Source: an uncultured Chloroflexia bacterium (GTDB lineage: Bacteria; Chloroflexota; Limnocylindria; Limnocylindrales; CSP1-4). Taken from it: a stretch of 64,000 nt of DNA. The stretch covers positions 826,162 through 890,161 of the forward strand of contig CAVVHT010000009.1 in NCBI GenBank assembly GCA_963748235.1. Direction: 5' to 3'. The position numbers and the translations under genes were made by a program. Within the stretch, counting starts at the first letter, position 1. Every line of letters begins with the position of its first letter. The notes below the pieces were generated by a model, which saw nothing but the letters and a program-made list of their open reading frames with translations, did no database searches and was not told the origin of the DNA. This document shows, in pieces, positions 1-9,034 of the stretch.

Positions 1-351
1 CCACGACAGCAGGTTCGCCGAGGCGATCGAACCGAGCACACTGCCGAGGCCAACGACGATCGCCAGCAGCACGACGAGCAGCGGCCCGGTGATTAGACCG
101 GTTGCCGCGCCGATCGCAAGCAGCGCGAAGTAGAGGCCGCGTGGTTCGCCGAGCGCAGCCACGAAGATGGTCAGCCCGCGCAGGTTGCCCTCGGTCCGAT
201 CGAGCAGACGTGGAACGAGTAGCTGCGCCATGCCGCCGGCGAGTGGCAGAACGCCCAGCAGCACGGCGATGAAGGGCGGGGTGCCGACGGCAAGCGCGAA
301 TGGAATGATCACGTCGAAGCCGGCCAGAACGGCCACCACGCCCTGTGTCAT
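1..351 (-). CDS. MFS-type membrane transporter, N-terminal part (5' partial gene running off the window start)
   Basis: My own translation of the reverse complement from the ATG at 351-349 gives MTQGVVAVLAGFDVIIPFALAVGTPPFIAVLLGVLPLAGGMAQLLVPRLL...GLITGPLLVVLLAIVVGLGSVLG. It is strongly hydrophobic with the TM1-TM3 pattern of an MFS transporter. It is not in the ORF track because it is truncated at the window edge. Confidence 0.45.
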   Translation of the reverse strand, partial: MTQGVVAVLAGFDVIIPFALAVGTPPFIAVLLGVLPLAGGMAQLLVPRLLDRTEGNLRGLTIFVAALGEPRGLYFALLAIGAATGLITGPLLVVLLAIVVGLGSVLGSIASANLLSW

Positions 352-651
352 GGCGAGGTAGTGATAGGTGCGAAAGCGTGGCGCCGCGAAGCGTTGCCAT
401 TCATGGAGTGCGAGTGCGCCAGACACGAGAAAGAGCCTCGGGGTTTACGTCCCCAGAGCCGGCCGATCCGGTCACCGCCGTCGAGCCTTCTTCTCGCCTG
501 TCGCGTCCCGACATCGCTGGGTCGGCCGCCGCGTGGAGCGCAGGTTGACGACCGCGCTCGCGAGACTCCAGTGGAATCTGGTTCAAATTGTAGTCGCGTC
601 GCCCAAATTGAGCCTCGGGACCGACGTACCGGTCCGCCGTAGGATGCCGGG

Positions 652-1002
652 GTGAACTCTGAGCGCGAGGTCGAGCTGTCGACGCTCACTGCCGATGATC
701 TCGCGGCGTTGCGCCTGGCTGCGCAGGTCATGGGCCATCGCGCCCATCTGGCCGGCCGGCCGCACGTCGGCCTCTACTTCGACGGCCTCGAATCGGCGGT
801 GATGGCCGAACAGGCAGCTCGTGCCCAGATCGGCGACGTCAACGTCTCAACGACGGCCGCAATGGTCGCCGTGCCCGGGGCGGACGATCGCCGGCTGATC
901 GGCGAGTACCTCGAGCTGCTCGTCGACAACGTTGGCCTATCCGACAACGTCCGTCGGCTATGCGCCGGACTGCGCGCCCGTGACGCGATCGGGGCCGAGT
1001 GA
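652..1002 (+). CDS. hypothetical protein (GTG start)
   Basis: 116-aa ORF with high GC at third codon positions (typical of real genes here). No recognisable motif. Confidence 0.4.
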   Translation: MNSEREVELSTLTADDLAALRLAAQVMGHRAHLAGRPHVGLYFDGLESAVMAEQAARAQIGDVNVSTTAAMVAVPGADDRRLIGEYLELLVDNVGLSDNVRRLCAGLRARDAIGAE

Positions 1003-1015
1003 CTATCTTTTCGCC

Positions 1016-1246
1016 ATGTGCCGCAGCATCGTTCGCCTCAGAGATCACGACGACATAGCAACAGACGAGGAGATCCGCGCCGCCGCGCTCCAGTTCGTGC
1101 GCAAGATCAGCGGCTACCGGACGCCTTCCGTGCGCAACGAGGAGGCTTTCAACAGGGCCGTCGAGGAGATAGCCCATAGCTCGCAGCACCTGCTGGAGGC
1201 CGTCGTCGCGGGCCTTCCCGGGCATCGGCATACCGAGGTCGCCTGA
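1016..1246 (+). CDS. DUF2277-like small protein
   Basis: MCRSIVRLRDHDDIATDEEIRAAALQFVRKISGYRTPSVRNEEAFNRAVEEIA resembles the actinobacterial DUF2277 family (MCRNI...ATDEE.RAAALQYVRKISG) as I recall it. The ATG is at 1016, inside the longer track ORF 932..1246. Confidence 0.5.
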   Translation: MCRSIVRLRDHDDIATDEEIRAAALQFVRKISGYRTPSVRNEEAFNRAVEEIAHSSQHLLEAVVAGLPGHRHTEVA

Positions 1247-1724
1247 ACCCAGCAGCCTGTGATCCGCCGGCGCGCTGATCCGCCAGGGTGGTGCGCTTCG
1301 ACGACCATAAGTGCAGGCCAATTGCCATTTCAGCGCCTCAGCGCACCGGCGCGCCGTCGTGGCCGCCAACCCTCGTCGGCCTGTGCTGGCAGCGCTCATT
1401 CCCGACAAACATTGGTCGGTATGGCTCGTCGGGCGCACATCGGTCGGCCGCTTATGCCGCCGAAGCATGATCCAAGCGGAGTTTCGCGGTTGATGATGGC
1501 CCGATTTGTGCTCGGTTTGACAGGCCGGCCGACCGGCGCTTATGCTCCGCCACCGCGCTCACCCACAGCTCTTTAACGGAGTCGTTTGACAGATATGCAC
1601 AACGTCAACCTCGCTAGCCCCGCAGCCACCGAGCTGCGGATGCGCGCGCCCTTCGGCGCCGCAGCGCGCGGGAGATCTGTGCCCCGTTCCACCTGAAGCC
1701 GGCGAGCGATCGCCGCAGGTAGGA

Positions 1725-1758
1725 AGCCGGAGGGCCAGATCGGGCCCCCGGCTTTTTT
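1725..1758 (+). terminator. Rho-independent terminator hairpin plus T6 tract
   Basis: AGCCGG-A-GGGCC / loop agatcg / GGCCC-CCGGCT forms an 11-bp GC stem with a single bulged A, followed by TTTTTT at 1753-1758. It lies in the 600-bp gene-free gap upstream of the ABC transporter. Confidence 0.6.
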
Positions 1759-1859
1759 GATGCCCTGACATAGGCAGGCATCGCCAGAGCCGCCCCCCGC
1801 GTGTCAACCAACGGGGCCCTGTTGTTGGTAATCAATGCCACCACTTCAGGAGCAAAGCC

Positions 1860-2768
1860 ATGGCGATCCTGGCACCACCGGAACCGCGAGTCGACATCGA
1901 GCCGAAGCAGGAGCTCGTGATGGGGATCGAAACCGCTGACGCGATCGAGCCCAAGCCGCCCGCCGTGGCGGCGCTCAACATCGAGCACCTGACCAAGCAG
2001 TTCGTGGTCGGCGGCCGGCGCAAGAAGAAGACGGTCATCGCCGTCAACGACATCTCGTTGCGCATTGAGAAGGGCGAGATCTACGGCCTGCTCGGGGCCA
2101 ATGGAAGTGGCAAGTCCACCTTCATCCGGCTGGTGAGCACTCTGCTCACCGTCGAGCACGGATTGGTCGAGATCTTCGGTCACGACATCACGCGCGAAGA
2201 GATGGCCGTCAAGCGGCTGATCAATCGGGTAAGCGTTGATGCCGCCTTCTTCAAGAAGCTGTCGCCGACCGAGAACCTGATGTACGCCGCGCGGCTCTAT
2301 GGGCTCGATGCCGGTTATGCGCGACGAGAGATCGTCCGCATCCTGGGCAGGCTCGGTATCTCCGAGTCACGCCTCGGCCGGCCGCTCGAGCAGATGAGCC
2401 GCGGCATGCAGCAGAAAGTGGCCATCGCCAGGGCCTTCCTGACGAGCCCCGTGCTGTTGCTGCTGGACGAGCCCACGACAGGGCTCGACCCGCGTTCGAA
2501 GCTCGAGGTCCAGGGCTTCATCGAGGAGATCCGTGACGGTCATGACGCAACCATCGTCCTGACCACCCACGACCTCGACGAGGCTCAGCGACTCGCCTCG
2601 AGGATCGGGCTGCTCAATGAGGGCAGGCTGGTCGCCGAGGGGACCGTGGACGAGCTGACAGCCTCGGTCGCAGCGGCCGGGGACGGCCCGGCCACCCTCC
2701 ACGACGTATTCATGACCTACACCGGTCGTTCACTCGATGACGACGTAGAAGAGGAGGACGACGAATGA
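1860..2768 (+). CDS. ABC transporter ATP-binding protein (ABC-2/DrrA-like exporter ATPase)
   Basis: Walker A GLLGANGSGKST, signature MSRGMQQKVAIARAF, Walker B LLLLDEPTTGLDP, H-loop TTHDL. Acidic tail DDDVEEEDDE. The start could be the internal ATG near 1920. Confidence 0.9.
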   Translation: MAILAPPEPRVDIEPKQELVMGIETADAIEPKPPAVAALNIEHLTKQFVVGGRRKKKTVIAVNDISLRIEKGEIYGLLGANGSGKSTFIRLVSTLLTVEHGLVEIFGHDITREEMAVKRLINRVSVDAAFFKKLSPTENLMYAARLYGLDAGYARREIVRILGRLGISESRLGRPLEQMSRGMQQKVAIARAFLTSPVLLLLDEPTTGLDPRSKLEVQGFIEEIRDGHDATIVLTTHDLDEAQRLASRIGLLNEGRLVAEGTVDELTASVAAAGDGPATLHDVFMTYTGRSLDDDVEEEDDE

Positions 2769-2865
2769 CCAAGACAAACAAGCGAACGAACACCGTCGGC
2801 CACCAGCCGACCACCCAACTCCGACCAACGACACAACAGCTGACCAAATGAAAGAGGCAACTCGA

Positions 2866-3060
2866 ATGTTGATTCATCCCTACCAGGACGAGATAGACCG
2901 CCAGCGTCGGCGTGAGGCGCGCGAAGACATGCGTCGTCGCCGGCTGGCAGCCCACGGTCGTCCCCCGCGCCGCATCCGGCGGGCGGTCGGTCGATCGATC
3001 GTAAGGATCGGCAGCCGTATGGCTTCCGACCCAATACCTGAACTGGCTCGCTCCCGATAG
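2866..3060 (+). CDS. small Arg-rich basic ORF (64 aa) between the ABC ATPase and permease genes
   Basis: AAAGAGG Shine-Dalgarno 8 nt upstream of ATG 2866. The product is MLIHPYQDEIDRQRRREAREDMRRRRLAAHGRPPRRIRRAVGRS.... GC3 is only moderate, so coding status is uncertain. Confidence 0.3.
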   Translation: MLIHPYQDEIDRQRRREAREDMRRRRLAAHGRPPRRIRRAVGRSIVRIGSRMASDPIPELARSR

Positions 3061-3094
3061 GGGGCGAGCCAGCAACTCACTGGAGATCCAGACG

Positions 3095-3895
3095 ATGACT
3101 GTTCTGACACGAGAGCTGAGGGCGAGCTACGCCTTCGTCGAGCGCAACTTCAACCTGACCAAGCGATATTGGGGTTGGGAAGTCGCGTTCATGGTCTATT
3201 CGGTCGCGGGCGCGCTCGCCGTGGTCCTGATCGGCCAAGGGCTGGACAGCCCCGAGCTCATCCTGACGCTGATGATCGGCGCGACCTTCTGGAACTACCT
3301 GTCGGTGGTCTTCTCGGTCATCGCCGAGCAGATCAGCTGGGAGCGCTGGGAGGGCACTCTCGAATACACCATGATGGCTCCGGTTCGGCGCGCGTCGCAG
3401 CTTTTCGGCGCGACCATCTTTGCGGTCATCTGGGGCTTCATCCACACCGTTGTGGTGCTGACGGTGCTGATCCTCTTCTTTGGCATCGACCTCTCGCAGG
3501 CCAACATCGGTGCCGCGGTGGTGATCATGCTCATCGGCTCGCTGTCGATCATCGGCATCGGCATGATGGCCGCGACGCTGCCGCTGATCTGGGTCGAGCG
3601 TGGCGATCAGATGGTCTTCGTCATCCAGTCGCTGCTGCTGCTCGTCAGCGGCGTGTACTACAGCATCACCATCCTGCCCCAGTGGATGCAGGTGATCGCG
3701 GCGTTTTCGCCGGCCACCTACATCCTCGAGGGCGTTCGTCGAGCACTCATCGACGGCGTGCCAATCACCGAAATGGGCGGGCTGCTGCTGCCCCTGGCGG
3801 TGATGGCGGTCGTATTCATCCCGTTGGGCGTATACGTCTTCGGCCGGGCCGAGCGTTACGCCAAGCGGACCGGCAAGCTCAAGAGAGTGGGGTAA
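3095..3895 (+). CDS. ABC-2 family transporter permease
   Basis: 266 aa with six predicted TM helices and an ABC-2 permease-like topology. It sits directly downstream of the ABC ATPase. Confidence 0.8.
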   Translation: MTVLTRELRASYAFVERNFNLTKRYWGWEVAFMVYSVAGALAVVLIGQGLDSPELILTLMIGATFWNYLSVVFSVIAEQISWERWEGTLEYTMMAPVRRASQLFGATIFAVIWGFIHTVVVLTVLILFFGIDLSQANIGAAVVIMLIGSLSIIGIGMMAATLPLIWVERGDQMVFVIQSLLLLVSGVYYSITILPQWMQVIAAFSPATYILEGVRRALIDGVPITEMGGLLLPLAVMAVVFIPLGVYVFGRAERYAKRTGKLKRVG

Positions 3896-3901
3896 GAGGA
3901 G

Positions 3902-4936
3902 ATGTTCGAACTTCCCACGGTCGACTATCCGACCGACACCAAGGACGACCTTCCCGAGGGCTTCTCGATGCGGCCCTATGCCGGCGAGAGCGACGTTGCG
4001 ATCATCGTTGACATCGTCAATCGCGAGCTCGAGTACGAGCAGATGCCCTTCCGTGAAGGCCTGGAGGACGTCGCGGCTCGGTACCGGTATCCAAGCGAGA
4101 CGTTCGATCCAGCGCGTGACGTGACCATCGCCGAGGTCGACGGCAAGCCTGTCGCCTATGGCGACCGAAGCTGGGTCGACACCACCGACGGCACATATCG
4201 CGAATACCGCAGCGACGGGGCGGTACTTCCCGAGTGGCGGCGAAAGGGCATCGGCCGAGCTCTGCTGGCCGAGAACCAACGACTGGCACGTAAGCTCGCC
4301 GCGAGCCAGCAGACCGACCGCCAGATGGTCTTCGGAAGCTGGACGGGCGAGCGCATGGCCGGAGCCTCCGCTCTTCTGAATGGAGCCGGATACAAGCCGG
4401 TGCGCTGGTTCTTCGAGATGACACGCGATCTCCGTGAACCCATCCCAGAGGTCGAGCTTCCGGCCGGCCTGGAGGTTCGCCCGGTCACAACCGAAATGAT
4501 CAGCCAGATCTGGGAGGCCGATATTGAGGCCTTCCAGGATCACTGGGGCGGGTTCGACACGTCGCCTGAGAGTCTGCAGCGGTGGACGGAACGACCGGCC
4601 TTCGATCCAACGCTGTGGCTCATCGCCTGGGATGGCGACGAGGTCGCGGGCGGCGTGATCAACGCCATCGAGGCCGAGGAAAACGAGGCCCTCGGTCTAA
4701 AGCGTGGCTGGCTTCACAGCGTGTTCACGCGCCGGCCGTGGCGGAAGCGTGGTCTCGCGCGCGCGCTCATCGCCCGCTCGCTCGATGCCATCGGCGAGCG
4801 CGGTATGGATACCGGCATCCTCGGCGTAGATGCCGACAACCCGACCGGTGCGCTCGGGTTGTACGAGCGAATCGGCTTCGTTATTGCCGAGCGCTCGACC
4901 GCCTGGCGCAGGCCCTTCGACGAGGCGGAGGCTTGA
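3902..4936 (+). CDS. two-domain GNAT N-acetyltransferase (MshD-like architecture)
   Basis: Two GNAT acetyl-CoA motifs: RRKGIGRALLAE and RRPWRKRGLARALIARSLD. Tandem GNAT domains as in mycothiol synthase MshD. The stop overlaps the rsgA start (ATGA). Confidence 0.7.
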   Translation: MFELPTVDYPTDTKDDLPEGFSMRPYAGESDVAIIVDIVNRELEYEQMPFREGLEDVAARYRYPSETFDPARDVTIAEVDGKPVAYGDRSWVDTTDGTYREYRSDGAVLPEWRRKGIGRALLAENQRLARKLAASQQTDRQMVFGSWTGERMAGASALLNGAGYKPVRWFFEMTRDLREPIPEVELPAGLEVRPVTTEMISQIWEADIEAFQDHWGGFDTSPESLQRWTERPAFDPTLWLIAWDGDEVAGGVINAIEAEENEALGLKRGWLHSVFTRRPWRKRGLARALIARSLDAIGERGMDTGILGVDADNPTGALGLYERIGFVIAERSTAWRRPFDEAEA

Positions 4937-6006
4937 TGGCCGTCGACCGATACGGCTGGGACAGCCGGGTTGCGAAGCTGTTCGAGGCAAATGCCCCGGA
5001 CGGCACGCAACCCGGCCGAGTCCTGGTCGAGCATCGTGGCAGCTATGTCGTGGGCACGGCTGATGGCGACATCAATGCCAAAGTCACCGGCCGCTTCCGG
5101 CACGACGCGGCATTGGCCGAGGATTTCCCTGCGGTAGGTGACTGGGTCGCGCTGGGCGATCTCGCAGCCGAGAATGCCGTCATCCATGCAGTGCTGCCGC
5201 GCAGCAGCCAGTTCGTGCGGCCGGGCCGCGGCGACACAGCTGGTGCGCAGGTCGTGGCTGCGAACGTGGATCTCGTCCTGCTCGTCACCGGCCTCGACCA
5301 TGACTTCAACATGCGCCGCCTCGAGCGCTACGTCACGCTGGCGTGGTCGAGCGGCGCCGAGCCGGTGATCGTGCTCAACAAGGCCGACCTGTGCGAGGAC
5401 GTCGCCGAGCGCGTCGCCGAGGTGAACGCCGTTGCTCCGGGAGTGCCCGTTCGCGTCCTATCGGCGCGCGATGGCGTTGGGCTCGAGTCACTGAGTCCGC
5501 TTCTGGATCAGGGCAAGACGGTTGCCCTGATCGGGTCGTCGGGAGTCGGCAAGTCAACGATCGTCAACGCGCTCCTCGGCTGGGAGCGCCAGGCCACGGG
5601 CGAGGTGCGTGAGGGCGACCAGCGCGGCCGGCACACGACCACCGTGCGCGAGCTGCTGGTGACCGATTCGGGTGCCCTGTTGATCGACAGCCCGGGCATG
5701 CGCTCGGTTGGAATGTGGGACGCCGACGAAGGGCTGGCGGACGCGTTCGCCGACGTCGACGCTTTCGCCGCCGAATGCCGCTTCACCGACTGCGCACACG
5801 AAGGCGAGCCGGGCTGCGCCGTTCTGGCCGCGATAGCCGACGGACGCCTGCCACTGGCACGACTCGAGAGCCAGCGCAAGCTGGGTCGCGAGTCGGCGGC
5901 GCAGGCGCGTCGTCAGGATGCACTACTGCGGGCCAACGAGCGCAGGAAGCTGGAAGACCATTCACAAGTCGGTGCGCAACCACATGCGCATCAAATACGG
6001 ACCTGA
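4936..6006 (+). CDS. rsgA: ribosome small-subunit-dependent GTPase A
   Basis: Circularly permuted GTPase: G4 NKADL precedes the P-loop LIGSSGVGKSTIVNALLG. C-terminal zinc finger CRFTDCAHEGEPGCAV. The ATG at 4936 is internal to the longer track ORF 4582..6006. Confidence 0.85.
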   Translation: MAVDRYGWDSRVAKLFEANAPDGTQPGRVLVEHRGSYVVGTADGDINAKVTGRFRHDAALAEDFPAVGDWVALGDLAAENAVIHAVLPRSSQFVRPGRGDTAGAQVVAANVDLVLLVTGLDHDFNMRRLERYVTLAWSSGAEPVIVLNKADLCEDVAERVAEVNAVAPGVPVRVLSARDGVGLESLSPLLDQGKTVALIGSSGVGKSTIVNALLGWERQATGEVREGDQRGRHTTTVRELLVTDSGALLIDSPGMRSVGMWDADEGLADAFADVDAFAAECRFTDCAHEGEPGCAVLAAIADGRLPLARLESQRKLGRESAAQARRQDALLRANERRKLEDHSQVGAQPHAHQIRT

Positions 6007-6079
6007 CGCGGGCTGACCACGCGCAAAGTCGTGTGCGCAGGTGTGGCATTCGACTGCGCGCGCGCCTAGAGTGCCCGAC

Positions 6080-6631
6080 ATGAATGAGAGCTTTAGGTCC
6101 GTCACGCGGCTCGCCGCGCTCGCCCTTGCGGCGCTTGCCCTCGTCGGTTGCGGTGGTGGTGGGGCCGCCGTGACCGCTACACCCGCTGCGGCTACGGCCA
6201 CGCCGGTCGGTGGTGCGCCGACCGCGGCCCAGGACGTGTGCCTGGCGATGAGCGAGCCGCTCCTGCTGGCCGCGCTCGCCGATGGCGTCAGCGAGCCCGA
6301 GTACGGCGATGTCGCCGGCGGCGACGGCGTCTATTGCTACTACACGGTGGCCGGCGATGCCGACGTCAACGTCGAGGCACAGGTCGACAACCTGACCCAG
6401 CTCGAGTTCAACGACCTCGCCGAAACGCTCGGCGCGGACGCGCCTTATGCGGGTGTCGGCAAGTCGGCCTTCATCAAGGAAGGTTCGGTTGAGGGCGTCC
6501 CCGGGTCCACGGTGCTCGGCTGGGACGAAGGTCTGACGGTCGTCATCGACCTCGCCCGCGATGGCGATCAGGCAGAGATGGACGCGGCCGCCAAGGCGCT
6601 CGCCATCAAGCTGCTGACCGACCTCAAATAG
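6080..6631 (+). CDS. lipoprotein, unknown function
   Basis: Signal peptide and lipobox LAALALAALALVGC followed by a Gly/Ala/Thr-rich linker. Probable start at MNESF (6080). Confidence 0.55.
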   Translation: MNESFRSVTRLAALALAALALVGCGGGGAAVTATPAAATATPVGGAPTAAQDVCLAMSEPLLLAALADGVSEPEYGDVAGGDGVYCYYTVAGDADVNVEAQVDNLTQLEFNDLAETLGADAPYAGVGKSAFIKEGSVEGVPGSTVLGWDEGLTVVIDLARDGDQAEMDAAAKALAIKLLTDLK

Positions 6632-7259
6632 GCAGAGCTCCGACTCGCGCCACCTGGTCGAGCCAGCGCTTCTCGATCTCGATCGTGCTCTTGTTGCCGT
6701 GACCGGGCAGAACACGCAAATCTGGCTCCAGTCCGCCTAGTCGGGTGAGCGACTCGACCATCTGATCGGCGCTGCCTCCGGGCAGGTCGGTCCGTCCCCA
6801 GCTGCCGGCAAAGAGCGTGTCCCCGGTGAGCAACAGCCCCTCGCCCGCGACGCTCAGGCAGACCGATCCCGCTGTGTGGCCAGGCGTGTGCAGCACCTCG
6901 ATGTCGATCGCGCCGAATTGGATCCGCGATCCCTCGGCGAGGTCGATCGCGGCGACGCTCGGCGGGATCGGAAATGGCGCTGTGGGCGGCGGGTTCTCGA
7001 TCAGCGCGTGATCGAGCGTGTGCGCAGCAAGCTGGGCGCCGGTGGCCTCCATCGCTGCCGCGTTGTCACCGATGTGATCCCAGTGCCAATGCGTGCTGAC
7101 GATGAGCTTCAGCGTCCAGCCGCGTTCCGCCAAGGTCGTCGTCAGCCACTCTACGCACGGAGTGGCGGTATCGACCGCGATCGCCTCACCGCTCGCCTCG
7201 TCGCCGAGCACGTACAGGTTGGTCGCGATCGGGCCGACGACGCGCTGCAGCAGCTTCAT
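6624..7259 (-). CDS. MBL-fold metallo-hydrolase (glyoxalase II-like)
   Basis: HxHxDH motif STHWHWDHIGDN plus downstream His/Asp ligands. 211 aa. Confidence 0.85.
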   Translation of the reverse strand: MKLLQRVVGPIATNLYVLGDEASGEAIAVDTATPCVEWLTTTLAERGWTLKLIVSTHWHWDHIGDNAAAMEATGAQLAAHTLDHALIENPPPTAPFPIPPSVAAIDLAEGSRIQFGAIDIEVLHTPGHTAGSVCLSVAGEGLLLTGDTLFAGSWGRTDLPGGSADQMVESLTRLGGLEPDLRVLPGHGNKSTIEIEKRWLDQVARVGALPI

Positions 7260-7699
7260 TCAGGGTCCTCGAGGCGAAAGAACACACCCACCGCGCGGAT
7301 GTGGCGGCGGCCGAGACGGTACATTAGGTTGCCCGGGAACGGATGCTGGTTGGTGGCCCGGATCGCCCGGTCGCGTTCCGCGCCCGGTGAGAGTCGCCGG
7401 GCGTGGAACTGCCACTCCATGCCGTTGCGCCACCTGATCATTCCACCCCCGGCGGCGTCGAGGTCGCGCGACCAGCCGACGTCTCCGTTCGGATGCCCGA
7501 GGTAAGTCCGACCATCGGTCAATAGGATGCCCACCAGCCGGCTGCGCATGCTGCCCTTGCGGCTGCGCACCCGAAGCTCGACCACGTTGCCGATCCCGAA
7601 TGTGTGCCATGCGCGACGAATCAGCGGATCGAATAGGGCCAGCAACCGGTATTGCACGCGATAGGCTGAGCGCCAGAATTGAGACACTGCGCTGAGCAT
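7256..7699 (-). CDS. DUF385/PF04075-like deazaflavin (F420)-dependent nitroreductase family protein
   Basis: SRKGSMRSRLVGILLTDGRTYLGHPNGDVGWSRDLDAAGGGMIRWRNG fits the Ddn-family pattern GRKSG..R..PL.Y..DG....ASKGG...P.WY.NL.A.P.V. Start assumed at MLSAVSQ (7699). Its 4-bp overlap with the MBL gene suggests an operon. Confidence 0.5.
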   Translation of the reverse strand: MLSAVSQFWRSAYRVQYRLLALFDPLIRRAWHTFGIGNVVELRVRSRKGSMRSRLVGILLTDGRTYLGHPNGDVGWSRDLDAAGGGMIRWRNGMEWQFHARRLSPGAERDRAIRATNQHPFPGNLMYRLGRRHIRAVGVFFRLEDPE

Positions 7700-7726
7700 A
7701 GGTCGACCTTCCGGGAGGCGATGTAG

Positions 7727-8476
7727 ATGGCTGGTTCGTTCACCTGGTACGGGCACTCCTGCGTCCTGATGCGCACGCCGGGCGGCAAGGTCGTGCTGTT
7801 CGATCCTTGGTTCGGCAATCCAACGTCGCCGGTTGACGAAAGCGCCGTCAACGAATGCGACGTGATGCTCGTCTCACACGGCCACCACGATCACCTGGGC
7901 TCGGGCCCGCGCCTGGTTCTTGATGCCGACTCGATCCAGATCGCGCGCCGAACCCGGCCCGCATGGCCATGCGTACACGAGCTTTCGCTGTGGCTGGAGG
8001 ACCGACTCGACGGCGCCGGAGTCGAGATCATGGGCATGAACAAGGGCGGTACGGTCTCGGCCGCCGGCTTGAATGTGACCATGGTTCACGCCGACCACTC
8101 GGCGGGCGATTGGTCCGCCGCCGGCGACGGGCCGCTGTACCTCGGCGAGCCGGTCGGCTTCGTGATCGAGCTCGAGGACGGTCGACCCATCTACTTCGCC
8201 GGCGACACGGACGTCTTCGGCGACATGGCTCTGATCCGAGACATGCATCACCCCGACATGGCCTTCCTGCCGATCGGCGGGCACTACACGATGGGTCCGG
8301 CTGGGGCGGCGCGCGCGGCACAGTTGCTCGGCGTGCGCGCGCTCGTGCCGATCCATTACGGCACGTTCCCGGTTCTGGCCGGCACTCCCGATGCGCTTCG
8401 CTCGGAGCTGTCGAAGCTTGGCCTTGCAGTCGCTGTCATCGCCCCGGAGCGCGGCGTCGAAACGCCCCTCCCCTGA
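7727..8476 (+). CDS. UPF0173-family metal-dependent hydrolase (MBL fold)
   Basis: MAGSFTWYGHSCVLMRTPGGKVVLFDPWFGNP and LVSHGHHDHLG. Confidence 0.8.
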   Translation: MAGSFTWYGHSCVLMRTPGGKVVLFDPWFGNPTSPVDESAVNECDVMLVSHGHHDHLGSGPRLVLDADSIQIARRTRPAWPCVHELSLWLEDRLDGAGVEIMGMNKGGTVSAAGLNVTMVHADHSAGDWSAAGDGPLYLGEPVGFVIELEDGRPIYFAGDTDVFGDMALIRDMHHPDMAFLPIGGHYTMGPAGAARAAQLLGVRALVPIHYGTFPVLAGTPDALRSELSKLGLAVAVIAPERGVETPLP

Positions 8477-8489
8477 TGCGCGGCGCTCG

Positions 8490-9032
8490 TTGAGGATCCG
8501 CCTGGCCGACCCGGCGCGCGACGCCGCGCGGGTGGCCGAGATCTATCGTCCGGCGGTACAGGATTCGCACATGTCGTTCGAGATCGTCGCGCCCGATGCG
8601 GCCGAGATGGCGACGCGCATCGAGAAGGTGCTGGCTCGGACACCGTGGCTGGTTGCATACGAGGATGGGCGCGTCGTGGGCTATGCGTACGCATCCGCCC
8701 ATCGCGAGCGCGCCGGCTACCGCTGGTCGGTCGACATCTCCGTCTACGTCGACGGCGAGTGGCAGGGCCGCGGAGTCGGACGAGCGCTGTACGCCGAGCT
8801 GCTGGAACGAATCCGCGGGCAGGGTTTCGTCAACGCGTACGCCGGCATCTGCCTGCCCAACCTTGCGAGCGTGGGACTGCACGAGTCGATCGGCATGACA
8901 CTCGTCGGCGTCTACGAGCGCGTCGGCTTCAAGTTCGATCGTTGGTGGGACGTGGCGTGGTATGGGATGCGCCTCGCCGAACCTAACGGGATTCCACCTG
9001 AGCCGACGCCGATGCCGAACTCGGAGCCCTAG
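8490..9032 (+). CDS. GNAT N-acetyltransferase, phosphinothricin-acetyltransferase (PAT)-like
   Basis: IRLADPARDAARVAEIYRPAV ... WQGRGVGRALYAELLERIRGQGFVNAYAGI. No in-frame ATG is available, so a TTG start at 8490 is assumed. Confidence 0.7.
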   Translation: MRIRLADPARDAARVAEIYRPAVQDSHMSFEIVAPDAAEMATRIEKVLARTPWLVAYEDGRVVGYAYASAHRERAGYRWSVDISVYVDGEWQGRGVGRALYAELLERIRGQGFVNAYAGICLPNLASVGLHESIGMTLVGVYERVGFKFDRWWDVAWYGMRLAEPNGIPPEPTPMPNSEP

Positions 9033-9034
9033 CC

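Noticed and set aside
3169-4011. 280-aa alternative-frame ORF over the permease gene
   Set aside because: It is an Arg/Gly-rich shadow frame. The in-frame permease has coherent TM helices.
5783-6715. 310-aa minus-strand ORF overlapping rsgA and the lipoprotein gene
   Set aside because: It is antisense to rsgA (P-loop and zinc finger present on the plus strand) and has an Arg/Ala-rich composition.
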